Positions 1 to 10,135 of a stretch of 64,000 bases of DNA are shown here, piece by piece. Location: contig JBGUEP010000001.1 in NCBI GenBank assembly GCA_041821245.1, positions 78,854-142,853 on the forward strand, written 5' to 3'. Numbering within the stretch: position 1 is the stretch's first letter; each line of letters starts with the position of its first letter. The notes under the pieces were generated by a model that had not been told where the DNA came from, did not search any database, and worked only from the letters and a program-made list of their open reading frames with translations. The position numbers were made by a program, and so were the translations under genes. Source of the DNA: Prolixibacteraceae bacterium (GTDB taxonomy: Bacteria; Bacteroidota; Bacteroidia; Bacteroidales; Prolixibacteraceae).

Positions 1-559
1 GGAGGACCTGATTGCTGATGCTTGCCGTTAAATGTAAATATGGTTGAATGATTTGCTCTTTGTTGTACAGCTGAATTTTTTTGACTCTTTTGTCCTTCGC
101 ATTTTTCACATCAACTGGAATTTCAAAAAGGCCTTCTACGGTATGCACAATAATTAAAGAAGATAGTTCAGAAATTTTTAGAATATTAATGGGATTATTG
201 GATGAACGATCGAAGGAAAATGTTTCAACCTGAAAGTTTTTTAAATTCATCCGGGCCAAATTCTTTTCAGTTGCTATCCATAAATGATCCTTGGAATCAA
301 TAAAGAGTTGTTTGATTTTTTTATCCGGAAGACTGTTTTCGTCGCCTAATATTGGTCGAAAGTTGGAAAATTCATAGGCATCATAAGATACTAAACCTGT
401 CCAGGTAGCCAGCCATATGCGTCCTTCTTTATCCTGGGCAATATGATTGATCTCACCGGAGCTTAAGCCATCGTTTGGTTGTAAATACCGAAATGAATTC
501 TCATTTGCAAAAAGCAATGTTTGTATGATCAGAAACGCAAGCAGAAACGCAGCTTTCAT
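1..559 (-). CDS. Partial CDS (N-terminal part; rest lies beyond the left window edge): signal peptide plus two-component-regulator propeller repeats, probably the N-terminus of a hybrid sensor kinase/response regulator
   Basis: Not in the ORF track because it runs off the window. Minus-strand ATG (CAT at 557-559). Hand translation gives MKAAFLLAFLIIQTLLFANENSFRYLQPNDGLSSGEINHIAQDKEGRIWLATWTGLVSYDAYEFSNFRP..., i.e. a signal peptide followed by the G-x-IWLAT / GL-x-YDGY-F propeller repeat signature. Confidence 0.45.
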   Translation of the reverse strand, partial: MKAAFLLAFLIIQTLLFANENSFRYLQPNDGLSSGEINHIAQDKEGRIWLATWTGLVSYDAYEFSNFRPILGDENSLPDKKIKQLFIDSKDHLWIATEKNLARMNLKNFQVETFSFDRSSNNPINILKISELSSLIIVHTVEGLFEIPVDVKNAKDKRVKKIQLYNKEQIIQPYLHLTASISNQVL

Positions 560-1085
560 AATGGTGCTATTTTTTACTAAATTATAGATTCCCAATATAA
601 TAATAAAGCAGTGATGAATACCACATTCCATGCAGGAATATGAGTTAGAAAGAGGATGAAAGTATTTTTTTGGCTTAAAAGTTGGTCAATTTCAGCTTGT
701 TGTATATGTACGAATTGTGTTAGTGAATTAAGGATAGATTTTAAATCTTTAGGTGAAAGAATAAATTTTGGTTAAGGAATATAATTTCTTCAATTTGTGG
801 ATATTTAAAGTGTGATTAGGATAGAACACCGGACCTTTTTTGTAGTGGAAGACTATTTAAGCTGAAATATGGGTGTGAAAAGCATGAAAGGGGGTTAACT
901 GTTACTGGCTGGGGGTGTAAATAAGGCACGAGCAATGATCAATGTAATATATGATTCACAAATGAGCGATATGTTGCATTATTGCACTTTAACTTTAATT
1001 GCAGTATCTTCAAATAATTTACAATTTTAAAGTTGAATTGTTTTTTGAAAATAATGACGAGAATATTAACATAAACTATGAAACT

Positions 1086-4000
1086 ATGAAAATTAAACTT
1101 TTACTGTTTATTTTACTGTTTACTTCAATTCTTCTTAATGCGCAATCGCCATATAAGAACTTGATTATAACAGAGATTCGGATTGATCGCCCGGATTTTG
1201 CCTACGTTGAATTGACCAACATGGGCAGCACAACCGTTGATTTGGCTCAATTTTCCGTTGGTAACGTTAACCCCTGGTCTTATGCTCCATGGGATACCAT
1301 TCCGGATCATACCTTTTCAACCACGATCAACGATTACATCAACTTACCATCAAAAATGTTAAGTCCGGGCGAATCATTTGTGATTGCCAACGTTAGTGAT
1401 TGGGTGAAAGAAATGGAACCAATCAATGATGAGAAGTATACGGCAAAAACAAAAAATGATACCTGGCGATTAGCCGATATGCAAATTCATGTGCCCGAGG
1501 CACCAAACCGGATGTTAATTCCTAATTATACAGGAACGGATAGTGTAACGGTTGGCTATAATACCCTGACCAGTTGGTTCGGATCAGCATGTATCTATGT
1601 ATGTCACCACTATACTGCAACAGACTCTGCTTTTGTTGATGCGGTGAATGGTATTTTTACAAATGAAGGACAACGTCCAGGCGGGCAATCGGCAAGTGAT
1701 GTTGCCGGAGTTCCGGATGGTACCGGTAATTCCATTTTAGTTCGTAAGCACACGGTAACCAATGGTACTTTAGATTGGGAACAAGCCCGTGGAGTAGACA
1801 TCACCGATTCAGAATGGTTACCAATTCCTATATTGGTTCCGGGAGGTTGGGAAGTTGGAAGAAAAGAATATTGGACTTTCGGCAATCACGGTGATTATAC
1901 GTTGAATGCAAGCTCAATAAAGTCTTCAAAAGTTCAGGTGGATTGGACAAAACTTAGCATGAAAGTGCAATGGGGTGTTCGCAATATCGATTCCATCATG
2001 AATGCATTTGATTATGTTCCCGGTATTGCCTGGAAATATACCATGTCTCCAAGTAAACTCGATTCAGCGTATACTTCAGTTCGTACTGGTGATTCTTTAA
2101 CGCTTTATGCTTGTGGTAATCAATTAACCATCATGAAATTTGGACTGGAACTACTTGCTCCAACTAATTCGGAAGCTCGTGTGATGCCAAAAAATGCCAA
2201 TGGAGGAGGTAACTGGTATACTCCTTATATTGTCACCAATCGTGCAGATGGTAAGGACACCATTCGTAATGTACCTTTTGCTACCCGTGTTGACTCATTG
2301 TTTAAGTACCTGGAAAAACCAGCTAAAGCCACCTGGAAAATACTTTATTCCGATAACGTGGAACGCCCCGACCTCATTAATGGTGATAAGCTGAAAATTA
2401 CAGCGGAGAATGGAACTTCAACAAAAGAATATTACATTAAGGTAACCAAATACAGACCAGGCCATAATGCCACTCTTGCCTCTATTACATGGCCTGATAT
2501 TCCGGAATATTATAAAGGCATTTTTGGATGGATGGGAGATACCATTCCAGCCTTTTCACCAACAAAATACAATTATAATCTGTCGGTGCCTTATGATGCC
2601 AATGGAATTCCTGCTCTAATTGCAAAAGCGCAGGATCCTGATACCAGAATTGAAGTGACCAGAGCCACCTCGCTCTATTCAACTGAAGAAGCAAAAACCA
2701 TGACTATATATACTGTTGCTGAAGATGATACTTCAGATGCAACCTATTATATCAGAATGGAAAAAGAAAAGGATTTAGTAAATGTTCAACCTTATTCAGC
2801 CGAACCATTCTTCTCTCAGTTTACATTCAGGGCAGACTGGCGGCAATCATTTATAGAAATCTGTAATCCGGGCAATCAACCACTTGACTTGAGTCATTAT
2901 TGTATTGTTCGTTCAAATAGCACAGATCCTTATCAAGCCATAACAACAGCTTCTACTGATGCGGACTGGGCCAATAGATTTAATCGCTATGTTCCCGGTT
3001 ATATTTGGCAAGATGAAGCCAATTGGCAGGTACAACCCGGTATACTTGAACAGGATTTTGCCGTTAACCCTATTGTTGAAGGCGGCGATGTGTTTGTATT
3101 GGCATGGGCCTTTGACAGATACAAGGATGTGGCAACTGCCTATCCCGAATTTGATCAAATAGATGTGAACTTCAAAAACGGATTTAATCCCTGGGGAATT
3201 GAATTTGCCGAAGAAGCTTCAGGATTGGCAAGTACTGCTGGTGTAATGGGTGGATGGTTAAATAGTGACTGGATCTTATATAAAATTGTGAATGATTCAG
3301 TTCTTGATGGCACTAAACCTTTAATTGATCCTTATGATATCGAAGTGATTGACGTTATTGGAAGATGCAACGGACAGGATCCTGGTTTAATGGTTGCCCC
3401 ATCGACTAATTTTAACCAAAATTCAGGACTTAAACGTTTGCCTCAGTATTATAAAGGAAATCCTGAACCGGCTGGCTCTTTTCTAGATACTTTGAATAAT
3501 AAGCCTTCGGAATGGTTATACACCAACGATACCTATTGGTCAACAAGAGGATACGGATGGCCACAGACCAATTCCATGAACAGCAGTGGTTTAGGATCAC
3601 ATGAAATGAAACCTATTACAGAGTTTATCTCAACCGTTGCTTCAGGTTCATATACCGTTAGCAAGGGCTATTCATTGAAAGAAACCATTGGTGGTGGAGT
3701 ACAAACAGGGATTACTGTAGACGAATTCATGCAAAGTATTATTGTTGCTGACGCAGCCCAAAAGTTAACTTTCATGCATGGAACTACTGAAATAAGTGGA
3801 AGTGACGTGTTGCTCAACGGTGATGTACTTACTGTGGTTTCTGCTAATGGTGAGAATACAACTAAATATACCATCAATGTAACTACTGCAGGTTTGAGTA
3901 ACAATGCCTTATTGACATCGACACTATATACCGTTAAGGTAAATGGTAATACAGGAACCGTCGAAGGTTTTGCAAAAGGAACCAAATTGAAAACAGTATT

Positions 4001-4964
4001 TGACGGTGTTAAGGCTCCAACTACAGCTTCCTTGTTTGGCATGTTTAAAGCCGATGGCTCGTACGCTTCATTTAAACAAATGAAATATGACTCGACGTAT
4101 GCCGATGTTATAGCAACTGATAAAATTTATTTCGAAGTTATTGCACAGGATGGGATTACAAAAATAGATTATCAGTTGAAACCAACAAGTGCTACAACTG
4201 ATGCTTATGTTCTTTCCGATGTTTATCAAATCGATCAGGATGCAGCAGTTATCGCACTTTTACTTGACGGTACTAACGTAAATGCTTTCTTCAAATATCT
4301 GATTCCAGCACCTGGGGCAACCATCCAATTGCAGAACAAAGCCGGTCAGGTAAGAGATTTTGGTACCATTTACAAAGACGATAAGCTAATTGTAACGGCA
4401 GCCGACGGAACCACTAAAAAGGTCTATACCTTAGAATTGTGGAGTCAATTTGCTCTTCGTTACGAGGCAATTATGGCTTCAGATGTGTACACGGTCAATC
4501 AACAAACCTTCAAAGTGACTGGTGTGATTAAAGGTACTACAGTTGCCCAATTCCTCGATAGCGTTATTTTCTCGCTTGGAGCCACTTATGAATTGAAAGA
4601 TAAAGCAGGTGTTGCTAAAACTTCAACAGTGTTAGTTGATGGCGACATGGTTGTAGTAACTTCTGAAAACGGTATTGTTGTTCGCAAGTATTCAATTGTA
4701 TTATTGAAAGTTTCAGTGAACGAAGTATTTAATGGCAACATTAAAGCTTATCCAAACCCAACAACAGGCATGATCAATATTGATGGTCTTGAAGATGGGA
4801 ATGTCATTCGTATTTTTAATGTGGTGGGTAATAATGTATTGACCATTACTGCAGGTTCGATGAAGGAAAAAGCTTCTTTACAAAATCAACCCAATGGTTT
4901 ATATGTGGTTGTGGTGAACGATGGCGCTCAGCAAATTGCACGCTTTAAAGTGATTAAAAAATAG
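1086..4964 (+). CDS. Large secreted T9SS cargo protein with two lamin-tail-domain-like segments and a C-terminal T9SS sorting domain
   Basis: ORF 999..4964. The in-frame ATG at 1086 begins a signal peptide (MKIKLLLFILLFTSILLNAQ). LTD-like segments are LIITEIRIDRPDFAYVELTNMGSTTVDL and SFIEICNPGNQPLDLSHYCIV. The C-terminus (KAYPNPTTGMINIDGL...GLYVVVVNDG...KVIKK) matches the Bacteroidota por-secretion C-terminal domain pattern. Confidence 0.6.
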   Translation: MKIKLLLFILLFTSILLNAQSPYKNLIITEIRIDRPDFAYVELTNMGSTTVDLAQFSVGNVNPWSYAPWDTIPDHTFSTTINDYINLPSKMLSPGESFVIANVSDWVKEMEPINDEKYTAKTKNDTWRLADMQIHVPEAPNRMLIPNYTGTDSVTVGYNTLTSWFGSACIYVCHHYTATDSAFVDAVNGIFTNEGQRPGGQSASDVAGVPDGTGNSILVRKHTVTNGTLDWEQARGVDITDSEWLPIPILVPGGWEVGRKEYWTFGNHGDYTLNASSIKSSKVQVDWTKLSMKVQWGVRNIDSIMNAFDYVPGIAWKYTMSPSKLDSAYTSVRTGDSLTLYACGNQLTIMKFGLELLAPTNSEARVMPKNANGGGNWYTPYIVTNRADGKDTIRNVPFATRVDSLFKYLEKPAKATWKILYSDNVERPDLINGDKLKITAENGTSTKEYYIKVTKYRPGHNATLASITWPDIPEYYKGIFGWMGDTIPAFSPTKYNYNLSVPYDANGIPALIAKAQDPDTRIEVTRATSLYSTEEAKTMTIYTVAEDDTSDATYYIRMEKEKDLVNVQPYSAEPFFSQFTFRADWRQSFIEICNPGNQPLDLSHYCIVRSNSTDPYQAITTASTDADWANRFNRYVPGYIWQDEANWQVQPGILEQDFAVNPIVEGGDVFVLAWAFDRYKDVATAYPEFDQIDVNFKNGFNPWGIEFAEEASGLASTAGVMGGWLNSDWILYKIVNDSVLDGTKPLIDPYDIEVIDVIGRCNGQDPGLMVAPSTNFNQNSGLKRLPQYYKGNPEPAGSFLDTLNNKPSEWLYTNDTYWSTRGYGWPQTNSMNSSGLGSHEMKPITEFISTVASGSYTVSKGYSLKETIGGGVQTGITVDEFMQSIIVADAAQKLTFMHGTTEISGSDVLLNGDVLTVVSANGENTTKYTINVTTAGLSNNALLTSTLYTVKVNGNTGTVEGFAKGTKLKTVFDGVKAPTTASLFGMFKADGSYASFKQMKYDSTYADVIATDKIYFEVIAQDGITKIDYQLKPTSATTDAYVLSDVYQIDQDAAVIALLLDGTNVNAFFKYLIPAPGATIQLQNKAGQVRDFGTIYKDDKLIVTAADGTTKKVYTLELWSQFALRYEAIMASDVYTVNQQTFKVTGVIKGTTVAQFLDSVIFSLGATYELKDKAGVAKTSTVLVDGDMVVVTSENGIVVRKYSIVLLKVSVNEVFNGNIKAYPNPTTGMINIDGLEDGNVIRIFNVVGNNVLTITAGSMKEKASLQNQPNGLYVVVVNDGAQQIARFKVIKK

Positions 4965-4990
4965 ACGTAACTAATTTATAACAATAAAAA

Positions 4991-5016
4991 AGGCTACCGG
5001 GAGGTAGCCTTTTTTA
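4991..5016. terminator. Bidirectional intrinsic terminator between convergent genes
   Basis: Perfect 8 bp stem (aggctacc / ggtagcct) with a GGGA loop. It is flanked by an A-run on the left and a T-run on the right (aaaaaaggctaccgggaggtagcctttttt) and lies between the stop of the 1321-aa gene (4964) and the stop of the minus-strand gene (5014). Confidence 0.6.
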
Positions 5017-5448
5017 TTTCTTAGAACTTGGATGTAAAATTTCTTTGTTGATAAAATACCCAAGCACTAATTCAACTGATCCGACTGCCAGGTAAAGTGG
5101 CTGAAACCAACTGGCATAACCCAGATAATACAGCTGAACGATCATCCAAATGATTAAGGCAGTACCAAAGATCATCCCTAAAACTCCAGTTTCCTTTTTA
5201 AATTTTAAACTGAAATACGACGCCACCAAATTACCCAATCCATTCACTGTGAATAAGAGAATTCCCGGTATTAGGTAAGTGGTGAAGGGAGTGTTATTCA
5301 AAATTTCAGCGCTCAGGCCCGAACTCGATCCGTCAGGTGTTAAAATCATGGGTAAACCACCCGCTAAGGCACCCATTCCAATAAAAATTTGCAGGTAACC
5401 CAAATATTGATATCGTTTTATGGACATAACTTTTCTATATTTCTTCAA
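5014..5448 (-). CDS. Hypothetical multi-pass membrane protein
   Basis: 144-aa ORF with several hydrophobic helices (LGYLQIFIGMGALAGGLPMIL, LIPGILLFTVNGLGNLVASYF, LGMIFGTALIIWMIVQLYYLGY). No family recognised. Confidence 0.45.
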   Translation of the reverse strand: MKKYRKVMSIKRYQYLGYLQIFIGMGALAGGLPMILTPDGSSSGLSAEILNNTPFTTYLIPGILLFTVNGLGNLVASYFSLKFKKETGVLGMIFGTALIIWMIVQLYYLGYASWFQPLYLAVGSVELVLGYFINKEILHPSSKK

Positions 5449-5677
5449 AGTTAATGATCCATTTTAATTTTGATAATATTCTTGACCATCTCGACGGAAG
5501 CCTTCTCTTTCCAGTGAGGAAAGCTTTGTGGTAATAGCGCTTCAACATCGGCCAGGCGGGGTTGAATGGCTTTGTCCATAAATATTGGAGGTTTAGGCAT
5601 TACAGATTGTTTTGAAGATTTTCATCTGTATGGTAATACTCCTAAATGTTAACACTAAGTCAACAGGTCGAAATTTT

Positions 5678-5920
5678 TTATTTTTTCAAATTCAGTGGTT
5701 CGGTATCGATGGTCTTTTTGGATTCGTCCATTTTTACACCGCATGTACCTAAGCCCACCATAGAGTAAATTGGGCAGCACCTTTTTAAGGAGGTCATCAC
5801 CAACATAAATGCCAGAAAAAGGAAAAACTTCGATTCAACAACTTGTGTGAAATATAAAATTCCCAGAAGTGCAGCTATACTTATCCGAATAATTCGATCA
5901 ATTTTTCCTACGTTATGCAT
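5678..5920 (-). CDS. DUF2892 (YgaP-like) small membrane protein
   Basis: ORF 5678..5944. The likely start is the internal Met (MHNVGKIDRIIRI..., CAT at 5918-5920). Two TM helices followed by a CCPIYSMVGLGTCG motif are characteristic of DUF2892. Confidence 0.55.
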   Translation of the reverse strand: MHNVGKIDRIIRISIAALLGILYFTQVVESKFFLFLAFMLVMTSLKRCCPIYSMVGLGTCGVKMDESKKTIDTEPLNLKK

Positions 5921-5999
5921 ATATGGTGGTTTAATGAAGCGCAAATGTATGCTTTGCTTTCATTACTTTTGGTGACTGTTATTACATACCAAATAAAAA

Positions 6000-7004
6000 A
6001 TGAAACGTTCAATTCCAATAGTAATGAAAGCCATCAGGCAAGACGAAGCCAATGGAACTCTATATATTGCTGAAGTTCCGGTCCCTCAACCTGCCAAAGG
6101 CGAGGTGCTGGTTAAAATGGCGGCATCACCATTAAATCCTTCGGATTTTAGTTTTCTTCGGGGAACCTATGTGCATTTGCCGAATTATCCGGTTATCCCC
6201 GGAATTGAGGGAAGTGGAACAGTGGTAGCATCAGGCGGTGGAATGCTGGCCAATTATAGAATGGGAAAGAGGGTGACCTGCTCGGCCAGCGAAAACCATG
6301 GAGGAACCTGGGCAGAGTATATGGTTACCTCTGCAATGCGGGTTATTCCCTTGAAAAAACAGCTCACTATGGAGCAGGGTTCGATGTTAATTGTAAATCC
6401 GATGACTGCCCTTGCTTTTATCAACATTGCCCAAAAAGGTCATCACAAGGCAATTGTGAATAATGCAGCAGCAAGTGTTCTGGGACAAATGATGGTGAAA
6501 CTTTGTCAGAAGGAAACTTTGCCTTTAATTAATATTGTTCGCCGGCAGGAACAAGTTGATTTGCTTACATCGATGGGTGCACAATATGTGCTCAATTCAT
6601 CGGACTTAAATTTCGAAATTCAATTGAAATCTTTGTCTGAGCAATTGAAGGCAACACTTTTTTTGGATGCAGTAACCGGCGAGCAAACACAGGTATTGCT
6701 TCGAGCAGCTCCTTTCGGCAGTAAAATTCTGATTTATTCCAATATGTCGGGCGATCAGATTCAGGTTGAGCCGCGTCTTTTAATTCAAGGAAATAAAAGT
6801 ATTGAAAGTTTTTATTTGGGAATTTGGGCATCAAAAAGAAGCATTTTTCAAACTTTAAAAGCTGCAGGGCAAGCTCAAAAATTGGTGAACAATGAATTGG
6901 TGAGTGGTATTCAAAAGCGTTTTGCTTTGGAAAATGCACAGGATGCTCTGGAATATTATTCTGAGCACATGACCGGTGGAAAAGTGCTGTTGAAAATGGA
7001 ATAA
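6000..7004 (+). CDS. Zinc-binding alcohol dehydrogenase / quinone oxidoreductase family protein (MDR superfamily)
   Basis: 334 aa. N-terminal GroES-like part (GEVLVKMAASPLNPSDFSFLRGTY) and a Rossmann region (AIVNNAAASVLGQMMVKL) are typical of NADPH:quinone reductase-like MDR enzymes. Confidence 0.7.
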   Translation: MKRSIPIVMKAIRQDEANGTLYIAEVPVPQPAKGEVLVKMAASPLNPSDFSFLRGTYVHLPNYPVIPGIEGSGTVVASGGGMLANYRMGKRVTCSASENHGGTWAEYMVTSAMRVIPLKKQLTMEQGSMLIVNPMTALAFINIAQKGHHKAIVNNAAASVLGQMMVKLCQKETLPLINIVRRQEQVDLLTSMGAQYVLNSSDLNFEIQLKSLSEQLKATLFLDAVTGEQTQVLLRAAPFGSKILIYSNMSGDQIQVEPRLLIQGNKSIESFYLGIWASKRSIFQTLKAAGQAQKLVNNELVSGIQKRFALENAQDALEYYSEHMTGGKVLLKME

Positions 7005-7011
7005 TTTAGCT

Positions 7012-7617
7012 TTAATTGTTCTGATTGAACAACTGGTTCCGAAGGTTTTTTAAAGTAATCCAAGGAGACTCTACTGCCACCATATTTGCAAACCAGCCAG
7101 GAATAAACCCACCCGGATCGGCATGAACCTGAAACTTGATTTGTGTTTTTTCATCCGCAATTGGAGTTAGTTCCCAGCGCCCGTCTGAAAATTCAATTCT
7201 GATAAAACCATCTGGCACTGGTTCATCAGCAGGATAGGTTTTAATGGTTATAATTACTTCTCCAGTGGCAGGATTTCGGAATAGCTGATTACAAAAGTAG
7301 GCTTCTCTATTTTTAATGATTGGGGGAGTATCCGTTGTTGTACGGTAAAATGTTTGATTATTTTCTTGTTTGATGAGTTCAATAGATGAAGTGCGATAGG
7401 TCCATTCCGGAAATCGGGCGATGTCGGTTAAAATTGAAATGATGGCATTGATTGAGGTATCCATGATCATTTCACCTTTAAATGCTTTGAGGGAATAACC
7501 TTCCACTTCTCTGGTAAATACAGTAATTCCATCACGTTCAAATTCTTTTTCCCAGTTTTGGCATAGTACAATGCTGGAAACGAAAAGAAGGCCTATAGTA
7601 AGATGGATACCTTTCAT
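7012..7617 (-). CDS. Secreted START/SRPBCC (Bet v1-like) lipid-binding domain protein
   Basis: ORF 7012..7680. The internal Met at 7617 begins a signal peptide (MKGIHLTIGLLFVSSIVLC). The remainder (FTREVEGYSLKAFKGEMIMDTSINAIISILTDIARFPEWTY...GGFIPGWFANMVAVESPW) resembles START-domain proteins. Confidence 0.45.
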   Translation of the reverse strand: MKGIHLTIGLLFVSSIVLCQNWEKEFERDGITVFTREVEGYSLKAFKGEMIMDTSINAIISILTDIARFPEWTYRTSSIELIKQENNQTFYRTTTDTPPIIKNREAYFCNQLFRNPATGEVIITIKTYPADEPVPDGFIRIEFSDGRWELTPIADEKTQIKFQVHADPGGFIPGWFANMVAVESPWITLKNLRNQLFNQNN

Positions 7618-7729
7618 TTGATTTATTTTGAATTTAAATGCTTCTATTCGTTTATTTGCAATAAGGTATTTATAGAGCAAGTTTTGAATGATATTTATGC
7701 TTGCACAACAGTACTCCGCTCAATATTTT

Positions 7730-8149
7730 TTATTTCCCGAGAACTATGTTGATCCGCATATCATACAATAGATCAAAAGAAATGTCGTCAAATTCTGGAG
7801 GAAAACTCATTTTTTCCTGATAGGAGAAGCCCCATGGTTCAAGCGGTCCAAACAACCATTTATCGAGTTTGTGATTGCCATTTACATCCTGATAAGCCCT
7901 GATGGCATACCTTCCGGCAGGAACATTCTTAAATTCGTAAGTCACCTGGGTTTTATCATAGTTCACCCAAAATTCAAGCGTATCGATTCCGCTAAATGGG
8001 ATGTTAAATATGGAATCGTTACAGAGGAATACATAAATTTTTCCTTTCGGGTTTGCGGCATTAATACGTCCTGCAACGTTATACGTTTCTTTTTGAGCCA
8101 TTCCCAATATCGATAAAAACAGTAAAACCGATGTAATTATATGTTTCAT
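7730..8149 (-). CDS. DUF2141 family secreted protein
   Basis: ORF 7730..8221. The internal Met (CAT 8147-8149) begins a signal peptide MKHIITSVLLFLSILGMAQ. YAIRAYQDVNGNHKLDKWLFGPLEPWGFS matches the DUF2141 signature (D-N-G-N-x-K-L-D...G-x-P-x-E-x-x-G-F-S). Confidence 0.55.
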   Translation of the reverse strand: MKHIITSVLLFLSILGMAQKETYNVAGRINAANPKGKIYVFLCNDSIFNIPFSGIDTLEFWVNYDKTQVTYEFKNVPAGRYAIRAYQDVNGNHKLDKWLFGPLEPWGFSYQEKMSFPPEFDDISFDLLYDMRINIVLGK

Positions 8150-8550
8150 TCGTGTCTCTAATTTAAGTTGCTGAATACCTGTTGGATCGAAAATATAATC
8201 ATTGAAGATTAATTTACCCACTCATGGAACTCGCAGAGTTTGTACATTTCCTTTTTTGGTATTTTCTGTCCTGCTCATTTCATTCCTAAGGTTTTTAAAA
8301 GTTATGGAATTCCAGCTGAATCTTCATTAATATTCAAATATAAGGATGATCGTTCAACTGACCATCAAAATTAGCAAAGAATCAACGCCGTTCTTCTTTT
8401 TCAAGGCATCTTATCGGCTGATAAAATGTGATTTGCTTTTTTTGAGCTTAAAGAATAAGGGGTAAAAATGCTCTATATTGTCAAAACTGTATAAATTTGA
8501 TCGATGGATGTCACACTTGAAAATGTAGATAAACCAATAATTATACAGCT

Positions 8551-9222
8551 ATGAAAACTCAACTTATTTTTTTTGTACTTTTTATTTCCATGTTAACTTC
8601 TTATGGCCAAACCCGTGTTGTATTCGGTGAAGTGAGTGTTTTTGAAAATATGCGACTTGGTAATATCCTTGTTGAAGCGAAACGTTCCGGTGCAAATGCC
8701 ATGTCTGACTCCCTTGGTCACTTTGGAATTGTATGTGAGAAAAATGATGTGCTGGTTTTTAAAGCGAAGGCATTTAAACCTAAAAAGGTAAAAATACGCC
8801 CTGAAACTGACAGTGTTTTTGTAGGCCTGAAGTTTAAAGATGTTCCTGAAGTTGTAGAAATAGCACTGGAAAGTGGATATATTACACCCAATAATGCAGC
8901 AGGAGCTAAGGCTCAAATGGAAAAGGAGGATGTTGATTTTTGTAAATACAACGATATCTACGAAGCCATTCAGGGGCGTGTGCCTGGTGTTAGGATAATG
9001 GCCAACAATGACATTCTTATTCGAGGAAATACTTCACTAAGTGGAAACAACCCTGCCTTATTGGTTGTGGATGGTAGAATTGTTTCAAGTTTTTCGGACA
9101 CTTCGCCATGCGATGTGAAAGCAATTAAATTTCTGAAGGGTGGCGCAGCATCAATTTATGGTAGCCGCGGAGCCGCAGGTGTAGTGGTTATTGAAACCAA
9201 AAAAGCTAGTGGAAATAACTAG
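8551..9222 (+). CDS. Short secreted protein with a carboxypeptidase-regulatory-like domain and a TonB-dependent-receptor plug-like C-terminus (truncated SusC-like N-terminal module)
   Basis: Signal peptide MKTQLIFFVLFISMLTSYGQ. The C-terminal KFLKGGAASIYGSRGAAGVVVIETKK is the plug-domain motif of TonB-dependent receptors. No beta-barrel follows, as the protein is only 223 aa. Confidence 0.5.
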   Translation: MKTQLIFFVLFISMLTSYGQTRVVFGEVSVFENMRLGNILVEAKRSGANAMSDSLGHFGIVCEKNDVLVFKAKAFKPKKVKIRPETDSVFVGLKFKDVPEVVEIALESGYITPNNAAGAKAQMEKEDVDFCKYNDIYEAIQGRVPGVRIMANNDILIRGNTSLSGNNPALLVVDGRIVSSFSDTSPCDVKAIKFLKGGAASIYGSRGAAGVVVIETKKASGNN

Positions 9223-9267
9223 CAGTTCCATCTATTTTACTAAATTGGTGACTTTGTAAGAAGTATT

Positions 9268-9645
9268 ATGAGCAAATTTTCATTACGTAAACGAATACAA
9301 AGTTTTCGATTCGCCTTTAGAGGAATTGGTCTTGTTCTGCGATATGAACACAACGCCTGGATTCATCTGTTCGCAACTATTGTGGTGATTGGTTTTGGCT
9401 TGTGGTTAAAGATTTCGCGTCCCGAATGGTTATTTCTCATTTTGTGCATAGGGATGGTTTTTATGGCCGAGGGTTTTAATACAGCCATCGAACATTTGTC
9501 GAATGCTGTTACACGAGAAGAAAACAGTTCAATCAAAAAAGCTAAAGATGTGGCTGCCGGAGCAGTATTAATGGCCGCCATTGTTTCTGCTTCAATTGGC
9601 CTACTAATATTTATTCCACATTTACTGCTGAAATTCAATGGCTAA
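9268..9645 (+). CDS. dgkA: Diacylglycerol kinase (prokaryotic DgkA family)
   Basis: 125 aa with three TM helices. SFRFAFRGIGLVLRYEHNAWIH...MVFMAEGFNTAIEHLSN...AKDVAAGAVLMAAIVS matches the DgkA family layout and conserved E/N/D positions. Confidence 0.8.
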   Translation: MSKFSLRKRIQSFRFAFRGIGLVLRYEHNAWIHLFATIVVIGFGLWLKISRPEWLFLILCIGMVFMAEGFNTAIEHLSNAVTREENSSIKKAKDVAAGAVLMAAIVSASIGLLIFIPHLLLKFNG

Positions 9646-9744
9646 GCTTTTATAAAATTAAAAACATGGATATTTTCTCAAGAGACCTTACATTAGTGTT
9701 GGTTTAAGAATCAGTCTTGAACCAATCAATTCGGTAAATAAAAC

Positions 9745-9791
9745 AATGGCAGTAATTTTAAGATTGCTGCCATTTGTTTTTGTACTCTTTT
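9745..9791. terminator. Intrinsic-terminator-like hairpin between the convergent dgkA and small ORF
   Basis: 12 bp stem (aatggcagtaat / attgctgccatt, one G-U wobble) with loop tttaag, followed by tgtttttgtactctttt. Confidence 0.4.
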
Positions 9792-10023
9792 AAACTTTTT
9801 GAAGCTTGTATTCTGCAATAATTTCTTCTACTGTTAGAACACTGTTAGGTAAAATGTTTCCCGGACAAACTCCTGTAGCCTTATGTACCAGATAACGTTT
9901 GCATGTGATATGATTCTCCGAGTCACAGAAAAAATGAATATAAGCTTTACTTGTTAAGGTTTTACCTTTTAAAATTCCATTGTAAATGGGACATTTTTCG
10001 TAATTTGGACACTTATTGCTCAT
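9790..10023 (-). CDS. Small cysteine-rich hypothetical protein (possible zinc-ribbon)
   Basis: 77 aa with Cys at CPNYEKCP...FFCDSENHITC...GVCPG. Sits in a sensible intergenic context, convergent with dgkA and divergent from the amidase. No family recognised. Confidence 0.35.
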   Translation of the reverse strand: MSNKCPNYEKCPIYNGILKGKTLTSKAYIHFFCDSENHITCKRYLVHKATGVCPGNILPNSVLTVEEIIAEYKLQKV

Positions 10024-10135
10024 AATGGTAAGGGTTTATTGGTTGCATACAATTTAGTGAAAACAGCGTATCTTTTTACTATTATGTTAGAAAATTTAAC
10101 AAATTTAATACATATAAAACTCTAGATATCAGTAT

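Noticed and set aside
1125-4042. Several 60-125 aa minus-strand and alternate-frame ORFs inside the 1321-aa gene (1125..1310, 1610..1885, 2194..2394, 2485..2694, 2913..3162, 3668..4042)
   Set aside because: Nested in a long ORF that has coherent domain architecture. They have no independent signals, so they are treated as spurious.
9790-10023. Assigning a specific function (e.g. zinc-finger regulator) to the 77-aa Cys-rich ORF
   Set aside because: The Cys spacing does not match a family that I can name with confidence. It is kept as hypothetical only.
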